In this document: positions 1 to 10,308 of the stretch, piece after piece | How positions within the stretch are numbered: position 1 is the first letter of the stretch | How the letters are laid out: each line of letters begins with the position of its first letter | DNA from: Azospirillaceae bacterium | Lineage (GTDB): Bacteria > Pseudomonadota > Alphaproteobacteria > Azospirillales > Azospirillaceae | Direction: 5' to 3' | DNA length: 64,000 nt | NCBI GenBank assembly: GCA_028277115.1 | Contig: JANQHG010000096.1 | Coordinates: 1 to 64,000 of the forward strand | The notes under the pieces: model-generated | What the model saw: the letters and a program-made list of their open reading frames with translations, nothing else | Database searches by the model: none | Told to the model about the DNA's origin: nothing | Program-made: the position numbers and the translations under genes

Positions 1-114
1 TTTTGCTCAAAAGACGACCTTAAGCAGAAGATCGAACGGTTCATCATCTACTTCAACGAGACCCTGGCCAAGCCATTCCGATGGACCGTGAAAGGAAAGT
101 CGCTCGCGGTGTGA
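1..114 (+). mobile_element. 3' fragment of an IS630-family transposase ORF (C-terminus ...FNETLAKPFRWTVKGKSLAV*), truncated at the window edge
   Basis: Frame-1 translation ends with the PF(K/R)WT motif typical of IS630/Tc1-mariner-like bacterial transposase C-termini. It lies about 240 bp upstream of a tRNA pair. Confidence 0.5.
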
Positions 115-352
115 CAAAAATAATACATGTCATCATTTCCGCCGCGGTGTACTAGGGCGCCCCCACCCCCGAAAAAAAACGATCGGCCAGCGCATGCCCC
201 CTTGCCGATGGACGGGCGATCCATGTACTGTCCCGCCCCCTGATCAACAAACCGGAGTGGACGTCGATGGCAAGGGTTTCCTTGGATGCCCGCCCGCGCG
301 GCCAGCATTGCTGCCTGCCGTGTCCGGACGCCGCTTTGGGATCAGGTGCCGG

Positions 353-424
353 CGCCTGTAGCTCAGCGGTAGAGCATCGGACGGCAACGCCGAAGGTCGC
401 AGGTTCGATACCTGTCGGGCGCTT
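353..424 (+). tRNA. tRNA-Cys(GCA)-like, atypical
   Basis: Manual cloverleaf. Acceptor GCGCCUG/CGGGCGC (7 bp, one GU). D-arm GCUC-AGCGGUA-GAGC. Anticodon arm UCGGA-CGGCAAC-GCCGA gives anticodon GCA with A37, but G33 replaces the usual U33 and there is an A31-G39 mismatch. T-arm GCAGG-UUCGAUA-CCUGU. Confidence 0.55.
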
Positions 425-497
425 TTGGGATAGCTCAGCTGGTAGAGCATCGGACTTGTAATCCGAGTGTCGCGGGTTCGACGCCCGCTCCTGTCCA
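425..497 (+). tRNA. tRNA-Thr(UGU)-like, possibly degenerate, directly abutting the upstream tRNA
   Basis: D-arm GCUCAGCUGGUAGAGC. Anticodon arm UCGGA-CUUGUAA-UCCGA (anticodon UGU, U33, A37). T-arm GCGGG-UUCGACG-CCCGC. Only the inner 5 of 7 acceptor pairs form (5' UUUGGGA vs 3' UCCUGUC). There is zero spacer to the previous tRNA. Confidence 0.5.
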
Positions 498-921
498 GGA
501 AGCTTTGAGAGCTTCTCCACCCGAACAAGGTGGCTGCCGACAAACGATCCAAGGTCCCGCGGTGCGGGTGATCGGTGGCACCCCGCGACAGGCCCGACGG
601 GCCCGTCGAGGGCGCATCGGTCAACCGCCGGTCCGGTCACGTCCCGGCCGACGGTGACGGCCAAGCCGCCGGTGTGCCGAAAGGTCGAGGGGGCGTGCCC
701 CTTGCCCGATCCGCGCGCCGGCCGCGACCGCCCACTCCCGACGGCCCGTCGTGGCCGACCGTCGCGGGGCCTTGGATCCCCTTTCGCCGAGGGTGAAGAC
801 CGGAAATCCCATGCAAAGGACATGCGTCGTGACAAAACCGCCCTGATCGAATCACCGAGCCCGGCACATCCGGTCGAACCGCGACCGCCAGCCCGGCTCA
901 AACCAGTTTTGGAGAGATGAG

Positions 922-2070
922 ATGTTGACACGACTGATTGAATTCGTCCTGGGCCGCCGGCGGGTTCTCGTCAAGGAGAACGAGCGCGCGCTCCATCTGT
1001 GGCGGGGACGGCTCCAGGGCATCCTCGGCCCCGGCGAGTATTGGCTCGCCAGTCGGCGCGACAGCCTGGAAATCGAGCGCCACGCGCTCAACCGGATGGT
1101 GTTCGCCTCGGTCTACGAGACCGCGCTGTTCGACCGGCTGCCCGAGGTCGCCGCCGCGCATCTGACGGTGATCCGCGCCGGCAGCGCCGAGATCGCGGTG
1201 GTCGAGCGCGACGGCCGCATCCAGCTGGTGGTGCCGCCCGACACCAAGGTGATCCTGTGGACCGCGGCCGGCCCGTGGACCCACCGGCTGATCGACATCG
1301 CCGGATCGCCCTTGGTCGAGCCGTCGCTGGCGCGCCGACTGGTGCTGGCCAACGCGACCGCCCAGGTGACCCAGGTCAAGGTCGCCGAGGAGCAGGCCGG
1401 CCTGGTCACGATAGACGGCGCGATCGCGCACCGGCTGGGCCCGGGCGTCCACCTGCTGTGGAAGCCCGGTCGGGTGATCGAGCACAGACTTGTCGATCTG
1501 CGCCGCCAGTCGCTCGACGTGTCCGGTCAGGAGCTGTTGACCCGGGACCGGGTCACGATCCGGATTAACGTCACCGCCGAGTACCAGGTCGCCGACCCGG
1601 AGTTGGCGGTGCGGTCGGTCAAGGATTTTGTCGATGTCTTGTATCGGTCGCTCCAGCATGCCTTCCGCTCGTCGCTCGGGGCGATGACGCTCGACCAGAT
1701 CCTCGACCGCAAGGGCGCGGTCGACGCGGCAGCGGTCGACCGGATCAAGACCGAGATGGCGGCGATCGGGGTCACGGTGTTCGAGATCACGCTGAAGGAC
1801 GTCGTGCTGCCCGGCGAGATGCGCGACATCGTCAACAAGGTGGTCGCGGCGGAAAAGGAGGCCGAAGCCAACGTGATCCGCCGCCGGGAGGAGACCAATG
1901 CCACCCGGTCTCTGCTCAACACGGCCAAGGTGATGGCCGAGAACCCGGTGATGCTGCGGCTGAAGGAGCTCGAGGCGCTCGAGACCCTGGCCGGCAAGAT
2001 CGACCGGATCGTCGTCCACAACGGCACCGACGGCCTGTTGAACGGCCTGATCCGCCTGCGCGACGACTGA
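922..2070 (+). CDS. SPFH/band-7 (stomatin/prohibitin-like) domain protein
   Basis: 382-aa ORF. Central SPFH-like region (RDRVTIRINVTAEYQV...EMRDIVNKVVAAEKEAEANVIRRREE) with a coiled-coil tail. RBS GGAGAGA upstream of the ATG. Confidence 0.85.
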   Translation: MLTRLIEFVLGRRRVLVKENERALHLWRGRLQGILGPGEYWLASRRDSLEIERHALNRMVFASVYETALFDRLPEVAAAHLTVIRAGSAEIAVVERDGRIQLVVPPDTKVILWTAAGPWTHRLIDIAGSPLVEPSLARRLVLANATAQVTQVKVAEEQAGLVTIDGAIAHRLGPGVHLLWKPGRVIEHRLVDLRRQSLDVSGQELLTRDRVTIRINVTAEYQVADPELAVRSVKDFVDVLYRSLQHAFRSSLGAMTLDQILDRKGAVDAAAVDRIKTEMAAIGVTVFEITLKDVVLPGEMRDIVNKVVAAEKEAEANVIRRREETNATRSLLNTAKVMAENPVMLRLKELEALETLAGKIDRIVVHNGTDGLLNGLIRLRDD

Positions 2071-2390
2071 GTGCGCGGCCCGACGGGGCGTGCCGACCCG
2101 ATCGGCCGCGCCGGCGCGCCAGATGGCCACCGGCACATCGTTGCGGTTATCGACGGCTTGAGGACGCTGTTCACCAATCCTGTGGGTCGGGGCGATCGGC
2201 CGGCGCGATCGGCCTGTTTGCCCCGAAGGTGGGGGCCGATCGCCCCGACATCGGCGGAGCAGCTTCACGGCAACGTCGATGTCGGGGTACGCTCGGCATT
2301 CCGGTGGTGCGCACGCTGGCGTTCTTCGCCGGCGCGGTCGCCCAGGTCGGCTTGGCCGTGATCATCCTGTCGGCGTGAAGACGAACAAAA

Positions 2391-3116
2391 ATGACCCAAC
2401 CCGTTGAAACGCCCAAGGTCGCGCTGATCACCGGGGTCGGCCCCGGGCTCGGCGACGCGATCTGTCGCCGCTTGGCGCGTGCCGGCTTCGCCGTGGTCGG
2501 GCTTGCGCGCTCCGCCGCGTTCGGCGCCACCTTGAGGGATGCGATCGCGGCCGACGGCGGCACCTACCGCCACATCGCCGCCGACGTCACCGATCCGGCC
2601 GCGGTCGCGGCCGCCGGCGCCGACATCGCGGGCCGCGAGGGCCCGGTCTCGGTCTTGGTCCACAACGCCGCCGCGCTGTTGATCAAGCCGTTTGCCGAGA
2701 CCACGCCTGAGGCGTTCGAACGGATCTGGCGGGTCTCGTGCTTCGGCGCGATGGTCGCGGCGCGCGCGGTGCTGCCGGGGATGGAGGCCGCCGACGCCGG
2801 TGCGATCGTGGTCACCGGCGCGACCGCCGGGGTGCGCGGCGGCGCCGATTTCGCCGCCTTCGCCTCGGCCAAGTTCGCGCTGCGCGGGCTGACCCAAACA
2901 CTCGCCCGCGCGTATGGGCCAAAGGGCATCCACGTCGCCCATGTGATCATCGACGGGCTGATCCTGGGGCCGCAGACCACCCAGCGGTTCAACCCCGACC
3001 CGGCGCGTTGCATCGACCCCGCGGCGATCGCCGACACTTATCTCCATCTGATCGAACAGCCGCCGTCGTGCTGGACTTACGAGCTCGATCTGCGCCCGCA
3101 CAGCGAACGCTTTTGA
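2391..3116 (+). CDS. SDR-family short-chain dehydrogenase/reductase
   Basis: N-terminal TGxxxGxG Rossmann motif (ALITGVGPGLGDAI). Catalytic S...YxxxK region (ASAKFALRG). 241 aa. Confidence 0.85.
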   Translation: MTQPVETPKVALITGVGPGLGDAICRRLARAGFAVVGLARSAAFGATLRDAIAADGGTYRHIAADVTDPAAVAAAGADIAGREGPVSVLVHNAAALLIKPFAETTPEAFERIWRVSCFGAMVAARAVLPGMEAADAGAIVVTGATAGVRGGADFAAFASAKFALRGLTQTLARAYGPKGIHVAHVIIDGLILGPQTTQRFNPDPARCIDPAAIADTYLHLIEQPPSCWTYELDLRPHSERF

Positions 3117-3221
3117 CCCGAAAGGCCGATGCCTTGAGCTCTCAGGCACCATCACCGACCACGCCGACCTGACCCAGGCGGTGGTGGTCGAGGCCGACAG
3201 CGTCGCCTCGGCGCCCTCGCC

Positions 3222-3330
3222 CCTGCCGGGGGCACCCCCTGGTGGGGGGTGTCGGGGGGCAACGCTCCCCGACATTCTGGGGCGAAGCCCCCCAAAAAAA
3301 GGGGGACGGCCGAAGCCGCCCCCACGACAG
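3222..3330. repeat. GC-rich palindromic intergenic repeat, copy A, plus CCCCCC-A7-GGGGG hairpin
   Basis: Shares CCCCTGGTGGGGGGTGTCGGGGGGC(A/G)ACGC with the copy at 15733-15797. Contains several G-run/C-run inverted repeats. Lies between convergent genes. Confidence 0.5.
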
Positions 3331-3357
3331 GTCTGTCGCTCGACCGATCCAGATGGA

Positions 3358-4383
3358 TCAGAAGGAGACAGTGGTACCCAGCATCCAGAGGAAACCGTCG
3401 TCGTTGGTGGTCTCGTCGTCGTACCAGATCACTTCGGTGTAAGCCGTCAGACCCGGCGCAATGGCGTACTCGAGACCGCCACCGACCGCTTCGGTGGTGT
3501 CGTTGTTCGTCGCAACGGAGTCGGTCTGGGCGTACTGAATGCCGACGCCGACCGGGCCGAAGTCGTACTGAGCACCGATGTTCCAGCCGTCGTCGATGCC
3601 GCCGGCTTCGTCCTGGTCGACATAACCGCCGCCGAAGGTGAAACCGGCGTAGCTGAACTGCGCACCAACGTGCCAAGCCAGGAAGTCCTGGCCGGCATTG
3701 TCGAAGCGGGACAGACCGAAACCGAGAGCAACGCCGACGCCGCTGAACTCTCCTTGGTAGTTTGCACCGAACTCGACGAAATCGGTGCTACCAGTCTGCG
3801 TGTTTATGACAACGTTGTCCATTTCACCCGCGTCGCCGCTTTCCGGGGCATACGAGATACCCGCCTGGAAGCCGGAGAACACCGGGGTGTAATAGGTGAT
3901 CTTGGTGCTGTCGCTCGAGTCACCAGCCTTGAACGGGCCGCCACCCTGGTTCGGCGGAACGTTGCCCAAGAACTGGTCGTAGTCGCCGTCGAGCACGCCC
4001 GACGCGACCGCACCCGGGGCATAGACCGCCAGCGCGTCAGCGGCACCGTCCTCGTCACCGAGCTCGAGGGTACCGAAGTTGCCCGAAATGAACAGGTGGG
4101 CTTCGTCGAAACCCGCCGACGAATTGTTGCCGTCAGCGGAGTCGATGTCGATGTCCACACCGTAGCTGATGCCATTGTCGGCAGTCGCCCGGGCGTTGAT
4201 ATAGACCTCGGTGTCGTTACGGAATTCGCGGTTGGTCTCGTTGTTGGCGTCGTTGTCCCAGATGCCGAACTGAATGTCGACGTAACCACCCAGAGTGACC
4301 GTCATCGGCTCGGCCGCGGTCGCCGGCTGGGAGAAGGCGGCCAGAGCCGCAACCGCCGTGCTCGCGAGCAGAATCTTCTTCAT
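3358..4383 (-). CDS. outer-membrane porin (Gram-negative general porin family)
   Basis: Starts at MKKILLASTAVAALAAFSQPATA (signal peptide) with RBS GGAGG 9 nt upstream. Amphipathic beta-strand-rich mature region with a Gly/Asp/Asn/Thr/Tyr-rich periodic pattern. C-terminal Phe (…TTVSF). The longer 467-aa ORF upstream of MKK is Arg-rich junk. Confidence 0.75.
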   Translation of the reverse strand: MKKILLASTAVAALAAFSQPATAAEPMTVTLGGYVDIQFGIWDNDANNETNREFRNDTEVYINARATADNGISYGVDIDIDSADGNNSSAGFDEAHLFISGNFGTLELGDEDGAADALAVYAPGAVASGVLDGDYDQFLGNVPPNQGGGPFKAGDSSDSTKITYYTPVFSGFQAGISYAPESGDAGEMDNVVINTQTGSTDFVEFGANYQGEFSGVGVALGFGLSRFDNAGQDFLAWHVGAQFSYAGFTFGGGYVDQDEAGGIDDGWNIGAQYDFGPVGVGIQYAQTDSVATNNDTTEAVGGGLEYAIAPGLTAYTEVIWYDDETTNDDGFLWMLGTTVSF

Positions 4384-4977
4384 TGCCTTCAACCTCCGAT
4401 TATTTGGGCCCCGTGGCCTTTCGAGATTCCGTCCTCTGACCTCGACGGTCGCGAAAGCGCCACCGAGAGCACCGGAGAACCTGCACCGGTAAATACGCCG
4501 AGGCCGCCGGACGCCGAAAGGACGAAATCGCGATCCGGCAACCAATCCGACCCTCTGTGGCCGTGTCGCAACAAAGCGGTCGGCGGGCGCCCCCCGGCAA
4601 ACACCCGCCTGGGCGCCGCAACCTTGAGGCATTCCGCCGCCTTGACCGCCGAAACGACCGCCGTTGCCACCACGACAAAACTGCATCAGTCCGGGAGGCC
4701 TATCGTTGCGCAAAAACCACGGGACCCGTGGGCCGAGACGACGACGACCCAGAAAATTCATGATTTTTCAAATAGTTATTAAGTTGCGCAACCCCGTGCT
4801 GTGCCCGGCCCACCCGAGGCACCGCCGGCGCGGGCGCGCGCCCCGCCGGCCGTGCCCGAACGCGGGTGCGGGCGCGGGCGACAATCGCGCGACGATAATG
4901 GTAAAGTGTCGTTCGATCCGGGCCCGGGCGCCCGAGATCCCCGCTGCCCGAACGACCACTTGCGTGAAGGTCCGCTC

Positions 4978-6090
4978 ATGAGCGTTCGCCCCTATCGCGA
5001 CATCCACCGCCGCCCGTGCCGTCAGATTTTCGTCGGCCGGGTCCCGGTCGGCGGCGACGCGCCGATCTCGGTGCAATCGATGACCAACACGCTCACCACC
5101 GACGTCGCCGGCACGGTCGAGCAGATCCGCCGGATGGAAGACGCGGGCGCCGACATCGTCCGGGTGTCGTGCCCGGACCAGCCGTCGACCGCCGCCCTGA
5201 AGGAGATCGTCCGCGCGGTCGGGGTGCCGATCGTCGCCGACATCCATTTCCACTACAAACGCGCGATCGAAGCCGCCGAGGCCGGAGCGGCGTGTCTGCG
5301 GATCAACCCGGGCAACATCGGCTCCGACGACCGGGTGCGCGAGGTGGTCAAGGCGGCCAAGGACCATGGCTGCTCGATGCGGATCGGGGTCAATGCCGGG
5401 TCGCTCGAAAATGACCTGCTCGAGAAGTACGGCGAACCGTGCCCCGAGGCGATGGTCGAGTCGGCGCTCGATCACGCCCGCCTGCTCCAGGACAACGACT
5501 TCCACGAGTTCAAGATCAGCGTGAAGGCGTCCGACGTCTTCCTCGCGGTCACCGCCTACAAACAACTGGCCGAGGCCTGCGACTATCCCCTGCATATCGG
5601 GATCACCGAGGCCGGGGGTTTGCGCATCGGCACGGTCAAATCGTCGATCGGGCTCGGCATGCTGATGTGGTCCGGGATCGGCGACACCATCCGGGTGTCC
5701 CTGTCCACCGACCCGGTCGAAGAGGTCCGGGTCGCCTACGACATGCTGAAGGTTTTGGGCCTGCGCCGGCGCGGCGTCACCGTGATCTCGTGCCCGTCGT
5801 GCGCGCGCCAGCAGTTCGACGTGATCGAGACCGTGCGGGTGCTCGAGGAACGGCTCGCCCACATCAGCACGCCCTTGACCGTCTCGGTGATCGGCTGCGT
5901 GGTCAACGGCCCGGGTGAGGCGCGCGAGACCGACATCGGCTTCACCGGCGGCGGCAACCACACCCATCAGGTCTATATCGCGGGCCTGCCCCACCATCGC
6001 CTCAAAGACCAGGACATCGTGGACCATCTGGTCCGTTTGGTCGAACAGAAGGCGGCGGAGATCGAGGAGTCCAAGCCCGCGGCGGCATGA
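4978..6090 (+). CDS. ispG: 4-hydroxy-3-methylbut-2-en-1-yl diphosphate synthase (flavodoxin)
   Basis: Full-length match in character to GcpE/IspG ([24 protein letters not shown]..., C-terminal CPSCARQ 4Fe-4S cysteines). ATG at 4978 (MSVRPY), internal to a longer junk-prefixed ORF. Confidence 0.95.
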   Translation: MSVRPYRDIHRRPCRQIFVGRVPVGGDAPISVQSMTNTLTTDVAGTVEQIRRMEDAGADIVRVSCPDQPSTAALKEIVRAVGVPIVADIHFHYKRAIEAAEAGAACLRINPGNIGSDDRVREVVKAAKDHGCSMRIGVNAGSLENDLLEKYGEPCPEAMVESALDHARLLQDNDFHEFKISVKASDVFLAVTAYKQLAEACDYPLHIGITEAGGLRIGTVKSSIGLGMLMWSGIGDTIRVSLSTDPVEEVRVAYDMLKVLGLRRRGVTVISCPSCARQQFDVIETVRVLEERLAHISTPLTVSVIGCVVNGPGEARETDIGFTGGGNHTHQVYIAGLPHHRLKDQDIVDHLVRLVEQKAAEIEESKPAAA

Positions 6091-6148
6091 GGCCGGGATC
6101 GGGGCGCCCGTCCCGACCCGCCCGAACGACGGCCCGTGGCATCACCGA

Positions 6149-6176
6149 GATCGGGGCGCGCGACCGCGCCCCGATC
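6149..6176 (+). terminator. perfect 12-bp stem hairpin (GATCGGGGCGCG-cgac-CGCGCCCCGATC) between ispG and hemA
   Basis: Inverted repeat read directly. No U-tract follows, so it is either a non-canonical terminator or a regulatory hairpin. Confidence 0.35.
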
Positions 6177-6204
6177 GCTCGCCGAAACGCAATGAACGGT
6201 TTCG

Positions 6205-7620
6205 ATGTATGTGATCGTCGGCGCGAACCATCGGTCGTGTGACGGCCGGTTGCGCGATCTTCTCTTCACCGAAGAAATCGAGGTGCCGGTGGTCCTGTCG
6301 CGCCTGCGCGCGGCCGGGTTGGCGGAGGGGTTGTGGCTGTCGACCTGCGACCGAGTCGAGGTGCATCTGGTCCACCCCGACCCGGACGACGCGGTTCGCC
6401 GCGCGATCGAGCTGTTTGCCGCGCGCGCCGGGCTCGAGCCGCCGGCACTGTCGGGCCAAGTCTACAGCCTGGTCGGCGACGCCGCGTGCCGGCATGTCTT
6501 TGCGGTCGCAAGCTCGCTCGACAGCCAAGTGGTCGGCGAACCCCACGTGCTGGGCCAGATCAAAGAGGCGTATCGCGCCGCCAACGCCGCCGGCATGCTC
6601 GGCCAGGAGCTGATCCCGACCCTGCAGGCGGCGTTCGCGACCGCAAAACGGGTGCGCACCGAGACCGCGATCGCCGAACGACCGACCTCGATCGCCGCCG
6701 CCGCGGTCCAGTTGGCGCGCAACGTCCACGGCGACATCGACCGCTGCCGCGGCCTTCTGATCGGCGGCGGCGACATGGGTCTGTTGATGATCGACACCCT
6801 GCGTGCGGCCGGGCTCGGTCGGCTGACCGTGGTGTCGACGCTCGACCGACGGGCCCAGGCGCTGGCACGCCGGCTCGACGGCCATTTCCTGCCGGTCGCC
6901 GAGATCGACACCGCGCTTGCCGGCGCCGACATCGTGGTCTCGGCGGTCGGCTCGGGCCGGCTGTTGTTGACCCCGCCGATGATCCAGCAGGCTTTGCGGG
7001 CGCGCCGCCGCCGGCCGATGTTCCTGATCGACGCGGCGCTGCCGACCGACGTCGCGCCCGAGGTCGGCGCGCTCGACGGCGCATTCGTCTATGATCTGAA
7101 CGATCTCGAGCGGGTCGCGATGAGCGGCCGCGACAGCCGCGAGGCCGCCGCGGTCGCGGCCTGGGCGATCGTCGACCAGGCGGTCGGCGCGTTCCTCGAA
7201 GGCCGGGCGAGCCGCGCCGCGGTGCCGACCGTGATCGCGTTGCGCAGCCATTTCGAATCGGTGCGCACCGCCCTGATGGACCAGCGCCCGGGCCTGAGCG
7301 CCGACGAGGCGACCCGGCTCCTGATCAACCGTTTGCTCCATCGTCCCTCGGCGATGCTGCGCCAGTTTGCGGCGGCGCCCGACCGCGGCACCGGCGGCGC
7401 GGCGGCGGATGCCGACCGGTTGGTGCGCCGGTTGTTCGGTCTGCCGGCGGCCGACGGCTCCGCGCCGGAGCCGGAGGGCGGCGCCGAGTCGGTGGGGGCG
7501 GAGCCCGGCGCCGCGGTCGCCCGCGCCGAGACCCCCTGTGCCGCGGCGCCGGTTGCCGTGGTCGCGGCGTCCGATCAGACGCCGGAACCGGCGGCGGTGG
7601 CGGGCCACGCGACCCGATGA
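6205..7620 (+). CDS. hemA: glutamyl-tRNA reductase
   Basis: HemA signatures (GANHRS..., [13 protein letters not shown]). Classic hemA-prfA-prmC order. Has a C-terminal Ala/Pro-rich extension. Confidence 0.9.
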   Translation: MYVIVGANHRSCDGRLRDLLFTEEIEVPVVLSRLRAAGLAEGLWLSTCDRVEVHLVHPDPDDAVRRAIELFAARAGLEPPALSGQVYSLVGDAACRHVFAVASSLDSQVVGEPHVLGQIKEAYRAANAAGMLGQELIPTLQAAFATAKRVRTETAIAERPTSIAAAAVQLARNVHGDIDRCRGLLIGGGDMGLLMIDTLRAAGLGRLTVVSTLDRRAQALARRLDGHFLPVAEIDTALAGADIVVSAVGSGRLLLTPPMIQQALRARRRRPMFLIDAALPTDVAPEVGALDGAFVYDLNDLERVAMSGRDSREAAAVAAWAIVDQAVGAFLEGRASRAAVPTVIALRSHFESVRTALMDQRPGLSADEATRLLINRLLHRPSAMLRQFAAAPDRGTGGAAADADRLVRRLFGLPAADGSAPEPEGGAESVGAEPGAAVARAETPCAAAPVAVVAASDQTPEPAAVAGHATR

Positions 7621-8696
7621 GCGACGGCCTGGGCGAGAAGCTGGACCGGCTGGTGGCGCGCCGGGACGAACTGCGTGACCTGTTGAGCGCGGGCGACGGC
7701 GATGCCGGCGCGTTCGCGCGCTTGTCAAAGGAGTATGCCGAGCTGACCCCGGTCGCCGAGGCGATCGACCGGCTGCGCGGGGTCCGTGCCGAGGTCGCGG
7801 AGCTCGAGGCGATGCTGGCCGACCCGGAGACCGACCACGACATGGCGGCGCTGGCCGACGCCGAGCGCACGAGCCTGACCGATCGGATCGCCGCGCTGGA
7901 ACGCGAGGTCCAGCTGTTGCTGCTGCCCAAGGACGAGGCCGACGACAAAAACGCGATCCTCGAGGTCCGCGCCGGCACCGGCGGCGAAGAGGCGGCCTTG
8001 TTCGCCGCCGCCTTGTTCGAGATGTACCGCCGCTACGCCGCGGTGCGCGGCTGGCGGTTCGAGCCGATGGAGATCAGCGAGACCGGGCTCGGCGGCTTCA
8101 AGGAGGCGACCGCGGCGATCACCGGCCGTTCGGTGTTCGCCCGGCTCAAGTTCGAATCCGGGGTCCATCGGGTTCAACGGGTGCCGCAGACCGAGGCCGG
8201 CGGACGCATCCACACCTCGGCCGCGACCGTCGCGGTGCTGCCCGAGGCCGAAGAGGTCGATGTCCAGATCGACGAAAAAGACTTGCGGATCGACGTGTTC
8301 CGCGCCAGCGGCCCCGGCGGCCAATCGGTCAATACCACCGACAGCGCGGTCCGGATCACCCATCTGCCGACCGGTCTGGTGGTCTGTCAACAAGACGAAA
8401 AGTCCCAACACAAGAACAAGGCAAAGGCCCTACGAATATTAAGGGCACGGCTTTACGACCGCGAACGGATCAGCGCGCATGCCGAACGCGCGGCGGCCCG
8501 CAAGACCCAGGTCGGCAGCGGCGATCGGTCGGAGCGGATTCGCACCTATAACTTCCCGCAAGGCCGGGTGACCGATCACCGGATCAACCTGACACTGTAC
8601 AAGATCGACAAAGTGATGCTGGGCGAAGCGCTGGACGAGCTGGTCGACGCGCTGACCGCCGAGGACGAGGCCGCCCGCCTCGCCGAGGTCGGGTGA
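7617..8696 (+). CDS. prfA: peptide chain release factor 1
   Basis: GGQ motif ([25 protein letters not shown]). ATGA overlap with the hemA stop. Followed by prmC. Confidence 0.95.
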   Translation: MSDGLGEKLDRLVARRDELRDLLSAGDGDAGAFARLSKEYAELTPVAEAIDRLRGVRAEVAELEAMLADPETDHDMAALADAERTSLTDRIAALEREVQLLLLPKDEADDKNAILEVRAGTGGEEAALFAAALFEMYRRYAAVRGWRFEPMEISETGLGGFKEATAAITGRSVFARLKFESGVHRVQRVPQTEAGGRIHTSAATVAVLPEAEEVDVQIDEKDLRIDVFRASGPGGQSVNTTDSAVRITHLPTGLVVCQQDEKSQHKNKAKALRILRARLYDRERISAHAERAAARKTQVGSGDRSERIRTYNFPQGRVTDHRINLTLYKIDKVMLGEALDELVDALTAEDEAARLAEVG

Positions 8697-9625
8697 CGCC
8701 GCACCCGCCGGGCGACACGACCGGGCCGGTCACACTTGGGGCGCTGGTCGCCGAGGGCGTGCACGCGTTGGCCGCAGCCGGGGTCTCAGCACCGCGCCGG
8801 GACGCCCGGCTGTTGATCGCCGTGGCGCTCGGGCTGCCTGAAAGCACGCTGTTTGCCGACCCGACCCGCGCGGTCGCCGGGCCGCCGGTTGCGGCGGCAC
8901 AGGCCCTGATCGCGCGCCGGGCGGCGCGCGAACCGGTGTCGCGCATCCTGGGCCGGCGCGAGTTCTGGAGCCTCGAGTTTCACTTGGGTCCGGCGACGCT
9001 CGACCCCCGCCGGGACAGCGAGACCGTGGTCGACGCGGCGCTTGCCGCGACCGCAGGCCAAGCGGTGGGCCGGGTGCTCGACCTCGGCACCGGCACCGGG
9101 TGTTTGTTGCTGGCAGTGTTGTCGGAGCGGCCCGGTTACCACGGCGTCGGGGTCGATCTGAGCGCCGAGGCGGCCGCGATGGCGCGGCACAACGCCGCGC
9201 GCCTCGGTTTGACGGCGCGCACCCACTTCGTGGCCGGCGATTGGACCGGGCCGATCGATGCGACCTTCGACATTGTGCTGTGCAATCCACCCTATATCGC
9301 CGAGCCCGAGCTCGACCACCTGGAACCCGAGGTTGCAGCCTTCGACCCCCGGCGCGCGCTTGCTGGCGGCCCGGATGGGCTGTCGGCGTATCGCCGACTA
9401 TCGTCTGAGTTGCATCGGGTGCTGGGGCGCACTGGGGTCGCGCTGTTTGAAATCGGCGACGGCCAAGCCGCGGCGGTCGGGAGGATTTTTCAGGATGCCG
9501 GGTTCGCGGTCGGACCGATCGCAGCGGATTTGGCCGGCCGAGCGCGATGTGTCGCGGTGCGAAACTGCGCCGCAAGCACGGGAAGCGGGAAAAAATGGGT
9601 TGGATTGTCACCGGTTCCTGATTAG
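8693..9625 (+). CDS. prmC: release-factor glutamine N5-methyltransferase PrmC/HemK
   Basis: NPPY motif ([11 protein letters not shown]). SAM-binding [15 protein letters not shown] overlap with the prfA stop. Confidence 0.9.
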   Translation: MTPHPPGDTTGPVTLGALVAEGVHALAAAGVSAPRRDARLLIAVALGLPESTLFADPTRAVAGPPVAAAQALIARRAAREPVSRILGRREFWSLEFHLGPATLDPRRDSETVVDAALAATAGQAVGRVLDLGTGTGCLLLAVLSERPGYHGVGVDLSAEAAAMARHNAARLGLTARTHFVAGDWTGPIDATFDIVLCNPPYIAEPELDHLEPEVAAFDPRRALAGGPDGLSAYRRLSSELHRVLGRTGVALFEIGDGQAAAVGRIFQDAGFAVGPIAADLAGRARCVAVRNCAASTGSGKKWVGLSPVPD

Positions 9626-9835
9626 GGTCGCAAGCGTTGCTCCATCGGCGCCCGGCCGGCCGACCGCCGCCCGCGCTGCCGAAGGGGACCCGCCCCGAAC
9701 ACGGCTGCCGCGGTGGCAAGGGATCACCGCGGTCATGATCCGCGGTCGCCTGTTGGCCCGTGCATTGGGCAGACGTGGCCGGTCGGGTGTGCGGTGCTGA
9801 CGAACTCGGGAACTCCAGCCTAGAGTCGAAGCCGT

Positions 9836-10273
9836 ATGAGACAAGGACCCAATACCAGGCGTTCACGCGGCCGCGGTGGAAACAATGGTGGTCGCCGGCA
9901 GAACATCCCGTTACGGCATCAGACCTTCGACAGCAATGGACCAGATGTCCGCATTCGCGGCAACGCGTTCCAGGTCCACGAGAAATACCTGGCGTTGGCA
10001 CGTGATGCTCAGTCTTCGGGAGACCGAATTGCTGCTGAGAATTACTTCCAACATGCCGAACATTATTTTCGTATTATCAATCAGTTCAACGATATGAACG
10101 GCGACGGCAGTCGCCCGCGTACGGGGCGGTACGACACCAACGGCAACGGCAGCAGCCATCCCCAGGGCAATGGGCACGGCAACGGCCACGGCGGCAACGG
10201 CTTCGGCGGCGATCCGGACGATCACGACGACGATGACGGCATCCCGGAGCCGCGGGTTCAACTGAACGCCTGA
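9836..10273 (+). CDS. DUF4167 domain protein with His/Gly/Asn/Asp-rich C-terminal tail
   Basis: Conserved alphaproteobacterial DUF4167 core (HQTFDSNGPDVRIRGNAFQVHEKYLALARDA...AENYFQHAEHYFRII). Tail is GNGHGNGHGGNGFGGDPDDHDDDDG. Confidence 0.8.
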   Translation: MRQGPNTRRSRGRGGNNGGRRQNIPLRHQTFDSNGPDVRIRGNAFQVHEKYLALARDAQSSGDRIAAENYFQHAEHYFRIINQFNDMNGDGSRPRTGRYDTNGNGSSHPQGNGHGNGHGGNGFGGDPDDHDDDDGIPEPRVQLNA

Positions 10274-10308
10274 TCCGCTGGATCGGTCGGAAAGGGCGGT
10301 TGGGGGTG

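Noticed and set aside
152-931. Several overlapping ORFs (up to 259 aa) covering the tRNA region and its downstream spacer
   Set aside because: Arg/Pro/Gly-rich low-complexity translations typical of off-frame reading in high-GC DNA. They overlap the tRNA genes and have no RBS or domain signatures.
898-4782. Long antisense/alternate-frame ORFs (898-2268 minus, 2265-3275 minus, 3181-4782 plus)
   Set aside because: They overlap well-supported genes (SPFH, SDR, porin) on the opposite strand or in another frame. Composition is dominated by R/G/P/A/D with no recognisable motifs.
4768-7728. Large minus-strand ORFs antisense to ispG and hemA (419 aa and 528 aa), and similar antisense ORFs throughout (e.g. 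21334-22758, 29956-32508, 31905-34016, 34695-36812, 45361-46398)
   Set aside because: Mirror-image ORFs of well-supported genes. They are low-complexity and have no motifs.
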